A model generated the notes under the pieces. It was not told the DNA's origin and did no database searches. It saw only the letters and a list, made by a program, of their open reading frames with translations. This document shows, piece after piece, positions 25,961 to 36,660 of a stretch of DNA of 57,846 nt (within the stretch, counting starts at the first letter, position 1; every line of letters starts with the position of its first letter). The translations under genes were made by a program, and so were the position numbers. Where the stretch lies: the NCBI RefSeq assembly GCF_001194135.2, contig NC_068990.1:83279355-83337200 (forward strand), read 5' to 3'. The DNA is from Octopus bimaculoides (lineage: Eukaryota).

Positions 25961-26257
25961 TTTCAGTATGTATGTCTTATTTAATGTTCTCGATTTTATT
26001 TCATTTTCCTCTTCTTATAGAACCTTTACAATAAATGTCTAATTTTATGAATCCAGGGATGATTGTATGCTTAAGAAGTTTGCTTTGTTATCGTGCATTT
26101 TCATGTTCAGTCCCATTATCCGACACTTTAGGATGTTCTACCACTGTAGGCCTAGGTCGACCACTGACACGTGAGTGAAAGTGGCTGATAGAAACTGTGT
26201 GAAAGTTTATAAAATACATACATGTATCGATAGATCGATAGATAGGTAAGCATGTAA

Positions 26258-26296
<39 letters not shown>

Positions 26297-26632
26297 NNNN
26301 NNNNNNNNNNNNNNNNNNNNNNNNNNNNNNNNNNNNNNNNNNNNNNNNNNNNNNNNNNNNNNNNNNNNNNNNNNNNNNNNNNNNNNNNNNNNNNNNNNNN
26401 NNNNNNNNNNNNNNNNNNNNNNNNNNNNNNNNNNNNNNNNNNNNNNNNNNNNNNNNNNNNNNNNNNNNNNNNNNNNNNNNNNNNNNNNNNNNNNNNNNNN
26501 NNNNNNNNNNNNNNNNNNNNNNNNNNNNNNNNNNNNNNNNNNNNNNNNNNNNNNNNNNNNNNNNNNNNNNNNNNNNNNNNNNNNNNNNNNNNNNNNNNNN
26601 NNNNNNNNNNNNNNNNTTTTTTTTTTTTTTTT

Positions 26633-27019
26633 TTGTGGCGGGGAGCAGTCGATTAGATCAACCCCAGTATGCAACTGGTACTTAATTTATCGACCCCGAA
26701 AGGATGAAAGTCAAAGTCGAACTCGGCGAAATTTGAACCCAGAACGAAATACCGCTAAGCATTTCACCCGCCGTGCTAACGTTTCTTATTTCTTTATTGC
26801 CTACAAGGGGCTCAACATAGAGGGGACAAACAAGGACAGACAAAGGGATTAAGTCGATTACATCGACCTCAATGCGTAACTGGTACTTAATTTATCGATC
26901 CCGAAAGGATGAAAGGCAAAGATGACCTCGGCGAAATTTGAACTCAGAACGTAAAGACAGACGAAATACCGCTAAGCATTTCGCCCGGCCTGCTAACGTT
27001 TCTGCCAGCTCGCCGCCTC
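26633..27019 (-). mobile_element. SINE family B dimer
   Basis: Same two-monomer structure and same junction (gctaacgtttct|tatttctttattgcc at 26786/26787) as 19778-20205 and 43671-44105. Confidence 0.9.
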
Positions 27020-27029
27020 CATAAAGAGA

Positions 27030-27262
27030 AGTAATTGCCAATGTACTACTGGTGGGTAGGATCTCTCGGGATCTGTGTGGTTTCTTCGTTGCCTCTGGAT
27101 AGGGTTTGCCCTCTATTGGGGGGATTTGTAGGAAAAAAAATTTTAACTGTTGTTGTTTTTTTTTTGTTTTTTTTACACCTTTCTGTGTAATTTCTCACTG
27201 CCCTTTTCTATTTGTGTTGTCCTAAATGTTTGCGTGGCACCCATGGCCAATAAAGAAAGAAT
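27030..27262 (+). mobile_element. 5'-truncated Tx1/L1-like LINE 3' UTR
   Basis: gtgtaatttctcactg...gtcc...atggccaataaagaaa parallels the 3' UTR at 49790-50040. Followed by a microsatellite. Confidence 0.55.
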
Positions 27263-27409
27263 TATTATTATCATTATTATCAGTTTTGTAGTAGTAGTAG
27301 TAGCAGCAGCAGCAGAAACAGCAGTAGCAGCAGCAGAGACAGCAGCAGCAGCATCAGTAGTAGTAGTAGTAGTAGTAGTAGCAGCAGTAGTAGTAGTAGT
27401 AGTAGCAGC

Positions 27410-27443
<34 letters not shown>

Positions 27444-27445
27444 AT
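27262..27445 (+). repeat. (ATT)n then (GTA)/(GCA)n compound microsatellite
   Basis: Directly visible. Confidence 0.95.
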
Positions 27446-28049
27446 ATAGTCTGCACCTGCGTCTTCAGTAAAATACACATATTAAATTAATGCTTTTGAT
27501 GTTCACAAGTTACACTGACAAATATCCCAATTAAATTTCCATTTCTCATATTCACATGACAGAAATATTCCCTCGTGTACGTTCGTGCATATGTGTGTGT
27601 GTGTGTGTGTGTGCGCGCGCGCGGGCGTCTGTGTGTATGTGTGTGTGCATGTGTATGTATGCGTGCGTGTGTATTTATATGAATATATGTACGTCATGTC
27701 ATGTATACGTGTATGTATGTCTATTTGTATGAATGGACGAATGTATATGTGGATCTATGTATGTATGTATGTGTGTACGTACGTATTTATGTATGTATGT
27801 GTTTTTGTGGATGTATGTGCGTTAATAAAACGAACGAAAGAGGAGGTTTTGAATACGATAAAGTGGAATATGAATAATTTAATTCAATTTGTTCGGCCGT
27901 ATCCAATATTGACGAATGCTGCCTGTTTCTCAGCACAAATTGCAGAGTTGTTTAGTCCACCATATCGGAATAGCTGTTCATAAAAAACAATTTTTTTTTT
28001 TAAACGGATAATGTTAAGATGCTATAGATAAAAAGCTTACGTCTCACTG

Positions 28050-28400
28050 GCTAGAGCAAGGCTGCGGTTAGGTGAGACCTTTCTTCTAATTAGCCAGTAG
28101 AAATCCCATAGAAGTTATATCACCACTGTCATTAGTTTGCAATAAATCGCAAACCTTAGACGACCATGGTCAAGGGAGATAATTTGAATGATATTTCTTT
28201 TTTTAAATATTTTTCAGAATGTTTTGAGGATGAATTAGAATTCTGCTTATTCGTATGTCTTAATGGATTCATAATCTGGCTTAAGGCATTGAATTAATTC
28301 TCAGCAAGACCGATATTTGTTCGTCTCGTGGCGATCAGTTCTTAGATATCTGCTCTGTACATCAACAAATCTCGGGAAATTTAGGATTGTGGAGAAATTG
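28050..28400 (-). mobile_element. Possible Helitron Rep relic
   Basis: HNPKFPEI (cf. CNP.WPEI), then GDITSMGFLLAN*KKGLT, which has the same G-to-Q spacing as G.V.....+EFQKRGLPH. Very decayed, and the two motifs are further apart than usual. Confidence 0.35.
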
Positions 28401-28863
28401 ACTGCGTTACAAGGGTTGTGTTATTCTTGGAATACTATAGCCGCGGTAGCGGTTAATTTGTGGTTACTTAAACATTAGGGAACTTATATTACTTAAACAA
28501 GTACATCTAACGTTAATAAACAAAATATTTGTTAACGGTTTAGTAAATATCAATGGATATGTGAGGATGTGTATTTATCAGGATTAAAATGAGCCCTAAA
28601 TCAATGTCTCCCTATTTATATTATATGAGAGATTGAACGATGTCACTATTATATTAGCATTCCCTGGTTCTCTCTCTGTTTATCTATTTATCTATCTGTT
28701 AATTTATTTATCCATCCATCCATCTATCTATCTATCTTGAAATACGAAGAAATTTTCGACTCAACCCGGTGTATAACATGTAGTTGAGTAGGATATCCTT
28801 GGTTATAACATATTGTAAGAAAGTTACCACGGGAAGATATAGAGACATGTATGTATGTATGTA

Positions 28864-28940
<77 letters not shown>

Positions 28941-29469
28941 TGTGAATAGGGTTTTGCTGTAGACTTGATGGCAATTACTAGCATTAATTGACTTAATAAA
29001 AATCTCAGTGAAATAAATTTAGCCCAGAGAATATATATCCATATTTTCAGTCCTAACAACGATTCTTGTAACGAATTAATCCTAAACACAAGATTATATT
29101 CATAACTCAAGACAGAGGTTCTATTTTTTCAAGCGATGAAGTCGTCCTGTTTTCGTTTTGTAAACACCTCGTAAGGGGATAAACATGAGAAAGGAGTTAA
29201 ATTTTGTTTTATGGGCGCAGCAATCAGTTAACCTGTTGCATCCAGATATCAGTAGAAACACCGAACGTTGTTGCTGACCAGTCTGTAAATTGATTTATTC
29301 CAAGAAATCAAAGAACTTGCTGTTAAAACTTCGGAAATAAAAAATTCTGATTTATCGTTGTGATTATTCAACTATAACATGGGAATAGAGTTTTTAATAG
29401 GACCGAAAACGAACTCTAAGAGTAATTGATAAAATAAAGATTTGAAAAGAATTAATTAACTCTATTGTT

Positions 29470-30070
29470 TAATAATCACGTCCGAGAGGGTAGTTTCTCT
29501 TGAGCATAGTTCAGACTTTATTCCACCCATCTCTCCCTTTGCTTGCTTTTGTCTTTGATGTCTTAGTCTTTAAAGTTTTCAGTGGTGCTGCCTTATTCTG
29601 ACATAGTTTGTTGATTTTCCTGATGTTACCAATATAAGATGATGAAATGCTTTTGCAGAGTCGTAGCCATTAGTCATTTGCACATTGCCTGGCAGTTTTC
29701 CATAATTTCCTTTTTGCTGTCCTTAGCGCATTGCAGAAGTGCCTGGATGGGATGGCGCCTTTGTTCCAGTGATACAATCTGCTTTACAGCAACGAGTGAG
29801 AATGGTTAGCTTACTTGAGATCGTTGCAAATATATTCCTGTATCTTGTCAGGTTTCTTCCCGAAGTATTTTTGTGTTGTGCAATGAATTATGTTGTTGAA
29901 AGGGTCACACCGGTGGATCGGAAAGAAAAGCATCCTCTGTTGGCTTGATGGACTTTGTCACAATGGCCGGAGTCTTACTGGCGTCGGTGTGCTACTTGCC
30001 TCGAAGCTTGGTGCGGTGCATCATTTTTGCTCGCAGTCTGGTTGCGAAACGCAGTATGATTCGGTGGTGA
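29470..30070 (-). mobile_element. RTE-clade LINE fragment (end of APE endonuclease and linker)
   Basis: HRIILRFATRLRAK..., NNIIHCTTQKYFGKK, LRTAKRKLWKTARQCAND*WLRLC and QRERWVE match the RTE linker pattern TARRCAN.YW..LC and QM.RWVEHY. Confidence 0.85.
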
Positions 30071-30072
30071 CC

Positions 30073-30185
30073 GGTAAATTCCACTGCGGTAAATTCAACC
30101 ATGGTAAATTCAACCACGGAAAATGCCACCATAGGTAAATTCGACCACGGTATATTCCCCCATGGTAAATTTCATCATAGGTGAA

Positions 30186-30188
<3 letters not shown>
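30073..30188 (+). repeat. Tandem array of 15-16 bp units, consensus GGTAAATTCRACCAY (7 full + 1 partial)
   Basis: Unit starts at 30073, 30088, 30103, 30118, 30134, 30149, 30164 and 30180. Confidence 0.9.
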
Positions 30189-30250
<62 letters not shown>

Positions 30251-30262
30251 CATTATTATATA

Positions 30263-30385
30263 TAGGCGTAGGAGTGGCTGTGTGGTAAGTAGCTTGCTTA
30301 CGAACTACACGGTCCCGGGTTCAGTCCCACTGCGTGGAACCTTGGGCAAGTGTCTTCTACCATAGCCTCGGGCCGACCAAAGCCC
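30263..30385 (+). mobile_element. SINE family A head, 3'-truncated
   Basis: aggcgtaggagtggctgtgtggtaagtagcttgctt..gggttcagtcccactgcgtgg.accttgggcaagtgtcttctac, preceded by (ATT)n at about 30187-30260. Confidence 0.9.
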
Positions 30386-30760
30386 TCTCTCGCTAGTCTC
30401 CAACGTCTTCGACATTAAGTTTCTCCCAGCTAAGTCAACATTATTCTTTTTAACTTCGTCAGAGCCTTGCTCTTGCCAGTGTTATTAGTGTAAGCTTTCT
30501 GATTCTGTGAGATGTGTCTTCTGGAGTGTTGTAATGTCCAGATTAATTCTCAACAGTTCATTGTTAATCAGTAATGTTATTCGTATGTTTCACTGATTTT
30601 CAGGCAATTATTTGATACGCCGGTGGTCATGGTCCACACATTCTAGTATCATGGTTTTATCTCTAACTTCTTTTGTCTTCTTATTGTGTCTGGTGCAGTG
30701 GTAACCTCCTTCAGTTTAGGATACATGCACCCCTTATCCCTACACTCTCATTTGAGAAAA
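30386..30760 (-). mobile_element. RTE-clade LINE fragment (N-terminus of APE endonuclease)
   Basis: LLINNELLRINLDITTLQKTHLTESESL..HWQEQGSDE..LAGRNL..ETSER matches INNEL.RL.+DIA.LQETRL..SGSL..F+WQG...GVGFAVRN..SER. Same strand as, and upstream of, 29470-30070. Confidence 0.85.
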
Positions 30761-31660
30761 TCAACTAAGAAAAGACTGCACCTAATTTGCTTGGGACTAC
30801 CTATAGTGTCTGTCCAATGCGGCACGAATGGTTCTGCATTCATTTAGCGCTTTACTTTTCGTTAACCGAGTGCAGACTCATGACCAGTAGACTCCTCCTA
30901 CTTTCGTCTGTGTTCATCTATTATGTTTGTATATATGTGTGCTTGTATGTGTGTGTTCATGTCAGTGTGCATGTGTGTGTGTGTGTGTGTGTGTTAATTT
31001 TTTTAATTAGTTGAATTCTTTTTCTTAAGCAGGCAATGATTTCTAACAAAATAATCAAAGATGCGACGATAAGAATTACGATGAGAATTATGTATTGAAC
31101 ATTACGAAAGTCTTGTACATTTCTACTGTTCCACTTACATATGGTATTTGCAAAGAACGTGTTTATTAGTCTCTTGCTTAAAAATCCTAGCCTTTCCAGA
31201 TTGTCTCTTAAACAAGAGCACCAAAAATTATTGACATAAATATGAATTTATAATCAGATTAGAGAAGCTGCAGGTTTCGAAGCAGTCGTCCATAAATGTT
31301 CTCCTTACTGATTTTGAAAAAACAAAATGCTCAAATCTGCAGGGCAGGTGACTTCATGACTCCTCATAACGTTTTCTTCTATAGGAATTCAAATAATTGT
31401 ACGTATGCATATATGCCTGCGGGTGTATCTGTGAGTATATATCTACGTATATATGATAGTAAGTACACACACACACACAAACTAACAATTTTTTTATAGG
31501 TTATTTTCGACACTTGATTCCAGAATTATTAAGGCTTCTCTTTTGGTTTCTTTCATACCCTTTCAGATTGTAAAGATTTAGGTTATTTAATTCTATGAAT
31601 GAAGATAGTTATTAGATGAGAGGGAGGTTTTACCTTGTAAATTTAGGATAAATATGCCTC

Positions 31661-31692
<32 letters not shown>

Positions 31693-31890
31693 CTCTTTAC
31701 TCTTTTACTTGTTTCAGTCATTTGACTCCGGCCATGCTGGAGCACCGCCTTTAGTCGAGCAAATCGATTCCAGGACTTATTCTTTGGAAGCCTAATTCTA
31801 TCGGTCTCTTTTGACGAACCGCTAAGTTACGGGGACGTAAACGCACCACCATCGGTTGTCAAGCGATGTTGGGGAGACAAACACAGACAT
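31693..31890 (-). mobile_element. SINE family A, 3' half
   Basis: Near-consensus match ending in the internal microsatellite region. Confidence 0.9.
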
Positions 31891-31970
31891 GCAAACAATA
31901 TACACACACATACATACATATATAGATATATGTATACATATATATCTCGAGCATTATATATATATGTTCG

Positions 31971-32027
<57 letters not shown>

Positions 32028-32051
32028 TACATGTATATATAGAGAGAAGTG

Positions 32052-32097
<46 letters not shown>

Positions 32098-33424
32098 CGT
32101 CAACTAATGGACAGACGGAGAGGCAGAGAAAGGCAGACAGACACATAGACAGACAGACACATAGACAGACAGACACATAGACAGACAGACACATAGACAG
32201 ACAGACACATAGACAGACAGACACATAGACAGACAGACAGGTAGACATGTGTGTGTGAGTACGCATGAGGCACCGGTAAACACCACTCTATAGAACAGTG
32301 CCAATATATACATCATTAGCCATCACCACCACACTACATAACTCTATGCACCAGCATACAGCACCACAGCTATACATCATACAATAAACCAGCCACCACT
32401 ACCACAGCACCTCGTTACAACACCACTTCACCACCGGCACTACCACCACCACCACCATCGCCAGACATCATCGTAACATCATCATCACGATCATTGTGCA
32501 CACCACCACCACCACCACCACCACCACTATCATCATGCTATACTGATGTTTTATTCATAAGCTTCAGTTATACTGATATATTGTAGAGTATGTTTTAGCC
32601 AGTGTCACGCACAGCAAGCAGCTTTCTCACACCAACACAGTCATTTTGATTCCACCGAAAACACTGCTACCAAAAATACCGATTATTCNNNNNNNNNNNN
32701 NNNNNNNNNNNNNNNNNNNNNNNNNNNNNNNNNNNNNNNNNNNNNNNNNNNNNNNNNNNNNNNNNNNNNNNNNNNNNNNNNNNNNNNNNNNNNNNNNNNN
32801 NNNNNNNNNNNNNNNNNNNNNNNNNNNNNNNNNNNNNNNNNNNNNNNNNNNNNNNNNNNNNNNNNNNNNNNNNNNNNNNNNNNNNNNNNNNNNNNNNNNN
32901 NNNNNNNNNNNNNNNNNNNNNNNNNNNNNNNNNNNNNNNNNNNNNNNNNNNNNNNNNNNNNNNNNNNNNNNNNNNNNNNNNNNNNNNNNNNNNNNNNNNN
33001 NNNNNNNNNNNNNNNNNNNNNNNNNNNNNNNNNNNNNNNNNNNNNNNNNNNNNNNNNNNNNNNNNNNNNNNNNNNNNNNNNNNNNNNNNNNNNNNNNNNN
33101 NNNNNNNNNNNNNNNNNNNNNNNNNNNNNNNNNNNNNNNNNNNNNNNNNNNNNNNNNNNNNNNNNNNNNNNNNNNNNNNNNNNNNNNNNNNNNNNNNNNN
33201 NNNNNNNNNNNNNNNNNNNNNNNNNNNNNNNNNNNNNNNNNNNNNNNNNNNNNNNNNNNNNNNNNNNNNNNNNNNNNNNNNNNNNNNNNNNNNNNNNNNN
33301 NNNNNNNNNNNNNNNNNNNNNNNNNNNNNNNNNNNNNNNNNNNNNNNNNNNNNNATATATATATATATATATATATATATCCTTATATATACATACACAT
33401 ATATATCTGTGTGTGTATATATAC

Positions 33425-33468
<44 letters not shown>

Positions 33469-33614
33469 ATATATATATATGCAGTTACACACACCGCATG
33501 CACTTACATGTATGTGTGTGTATATGTACGAGTGTATGTATAAACACACATGACGGCATTCTCCCTTCTTTTTCTCTCTCTCTCTCTCTCTGTCTTTCTC
33601 GTTATCTATCTATG

Positions 33615-33674
<60 letters not shown>

Positions 33675-34088
33675 CTTGCAGTAATCAACTTCATCTTCCC
33701 TTTCCGATTGATAACAACAACATCAACATTGTTGCAAAGCTTTTGAATATTAACCACCGGACTCGGCCTTCCCCACCAACCAAACATTTCTGAACACACC
33801 ACTTCCACCTCCACCACCACCAGCACCGGCACCAGCACCAGCAGCCACATCGCAAGCAACAACAACCACCACAACATTATCATCATCCCCAACAGCTACA
33901 GAATGACATTAATAATAAGAAGAAGAACAACAATAAGAAGAATGGCGGACTGAGGCGAAAACCTTTTACGAAGTCACGTTCAGTCTGTTGTTGGAAATGA
34001 AATATACACTCGTATATACGCACTGGCACGAACGCACGTAGGTATAGAATAGTCAACGATGTACATATAGATTAGTATATATATATAT

Positions 34089-34142
<54 letters not shown>

Positions 34143-34149
34143 ATATGTA

Positions 34150-34198
<49 letters not shown>

Positions 34199-35173
34199 NN
34201 NNNNNNNNNNNNNNNNNNNNNNNNNNNNNNNNNNNNNNNNNNNNNNNNNNNNNNNNNNNNNNNNNNNNNNNNNNNNNNNNNNNNNNNNNNNNNNNNNNNN
34301 NNNNNNNNNNNNNNNNNNNNNNNNNNNNNNNNNNNNNNNNNNNNNNNNNNNNNNNNNNNNNNNNNNNNNNNNNNNNNNNNNNNNNNNNNNNNNNNNNNNN
34401 NNNNNNNNNNNNNNNNNNNNNNNNNNNNNNNNNNNNNNNNNNNNNNNNNNNNNNNNNNNNNNNNNNNNNNNNNNNNNNNNNNNNNNNNNNNNNNNNNNNN
34501 NNNNNNNNNNNNNNNNNNNNNNNNNNNNNNNNNNNNNNNNNNNNNNNNNNNNNNNNNNNNNNNNNNNNNNNNNNNNNNNNNNNNNNNNNNNNNNNNNNNN
34601 NNNNNNNNNNNNNNNNNNNNNNNNNNNNNNNNNNNNNNNNNNNNNNNNNNNNNNNNNNNNNNNNNNNNNNNNNNNNNNNNNNNNNNNNNNNNNNNNNNNN
34701 NNNNNNNNNNNNNNNNNNNNNNNNNNNNNNNNNNNNNNNNNNNNNNNNNNNNNNNNNNNNNNNNNNNNNNNNNNNNNNNNNNNNNNNNNNNNNNNNNNNN
34801 NNNNNNNNNNNNNNNNNNNNNNNNNNNNNNNNNNNNNNNNNNNNNNNNNNNNNNNNNNNNNNNNNNNNNNNNNNNNNNNNNNNNNNNNNNNNNNNNNNNN
34901 NNNNNNNNNNNNNNNNNNNNNNNNNNNNNNNNNNNNNNNNNNNNNNNNNNNNNNNNNNNNNNNNNNNNNNNNNNNNNNNNNNNNNNNNNNNNNNNNNNNN
35001 NNNNNNNNNNNNNNNNNNNNNNNNNNNNNNNNNNNNNNNNNNNNNNNNNNNNNNNNNNNNNNNNNNNNNNNNNNNNNNNNNNNNNNNNNNNNNNNNNNNN
35101 NNATATATACGCACACACACAAATATAGGCGAACACACATACACATACATATACACACACACATATATACATG

Positions 35174-35217
<44 letters not shown>

Positions 35218-35889
35218 TACATGCATACACACTTCTACACATAGGCATGCACCCACATTAATACGCATTATATTTGAATAGCGAGTCACAATACATTATA
35301 TATTGTAGGCAGTAATTATGTATATGCACGAACACGCACATTGCACACGTAGGCTGAGGCACATACGGCCGGCTCTTATGCGCACAATCACACGCATAAA
35401 TCAACAGAGTAAGAGACAAGACCAATGAGGTTTCGATTTGTGACTTCGTGAAGACATTACTGAGGAAGAATTAATAGAATCTTTGAGTAACGAATCGTTT
35501 TATTTCATTTCAAATAAACTCATTGAAAGTCTGTCCGTTAGTGGATGCTGTAGTGCATTATTGGTGTTTGTGGTTTGTGGGGGGGCCAACATTAATGCTG
35601 GCTGAGCAGAAATCTAGAATCGACGGTGTTCTGGACATGGCATCGCAAATTTCTTACTGCGCCCCTGATTTGTTAGAGAAAAGAATCGCTCCCTCCCATT
35701 TTTCCTGTTCTAACTTTGCCACGTATTGTCTCTCAATAGAAAGCAGACGACAGGAGAGAGAGAGGTGCTGGTGGCGACGGCCGCCATCGTCATCGTTGAC
35801 ATGATGATGTTCGTGAAGCATGTGCATGTGTGTGTGTGTATACGTGTGTGTGTTAGTGTGTGCGAGTGTGTATGTGTATGTATGTGTGC

Positions 35890-36166
35890 TATTTCTTTAC
35901 TACCCACAAGGGGCTACACACAGAGGGGCTACACACAGAGGGGCTACACACAGAGGGGCTACACACAGAGGGGACAAACAAGGACAGACAAACGATTAAG
36001 TCGATTATATCGATCCCAGTGCGTAACTGGTACTTATTTAATCGACCCCGAAAGGATGAAAGGCAAAGTCGACCTCGGCGGAATTTGAACTCAGAACGTA
36101 GCGGCAGACGAAATACTTCTAAGCATTTCTCCCGGCGTGCTAACGTTTCTGCCAGCTCGCCGCCTT
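35890..36166 (-). mobile_element. SINE family B monomer with Tx1-like tail, 4 x 15-bp tail duplication and 17-bp TSD
   Basis: Flanked by tgtgtatgtatgtgtgc at 35873-35889 and 36167-36183. The unit aggggctacacacag is repeated exactly four times at 35909-35968. Confidence 0.9.
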
Positions 36167-36219
36167 TGTGTATGTATGTGTGCGTGCGTGTGTGCGTTTA
36201 TGAATTGTTTCTAATTTAG

Positions 36220-36660
36220 ACATAAGCTCTGAAATTTGAAGGAGAGAGCTAGTCGGCATCGTCTTTATTTTCTCAACCCTGAAAGAATGAAAGGTGTCAT
36301 TGATTAAACGCGATTTGAACTCGGAGCGTAAAGAGCGGGAGCTGCACTTTCTCCAACGCTCAAATGATTCTTCCAATCCACATGAATTAGTCAGTGAAAA
36401 GGGCCGATGTACGAGGCCAATCCATGCTCTCCCCCACGACCAGTGAGGTTGATTTGGACAATGACCAATCTATAGCGAAATACTGGTTTCACATTTTGGC
36501 ACAAGGCCAGCAATTTCTAAGTCGGTGAGCTGGTAGAATCGTTAGCACGTCCGGACTAAATGTTTAGCGGTATTTTGTCCGACTTTACGTTCTGAGTTCA
36601 AATTCCGCTGAGGTCGACTTTGTTTTTCATCCTTTCGGGGGTCGAAAGAAATAAGTACTA
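36220..36660. mobile_element. Two degraded SINE family B copies (about 36220-36360 on -, 36518-36660 on +)
   Basis: Partial head and central-domain matches. Confidence 0.7.

Noticed and set aside
15700-28252. Isolated + strand micro-exon candidates at 15700-15761, 17856-17974 and 28218-28252
   Set aside because: They have good AG/GT signals and open frames, but the peptides are unrecognisable and do not assemble into a coherent protein. Without RNA data they cannot be distinguished from chance.
30073-30188. CRISPR-like array (also 35909-35968)
   Set aside because: Contiguous 15-bp units without unique spacers, in a eukaryotic context with no cas genes.
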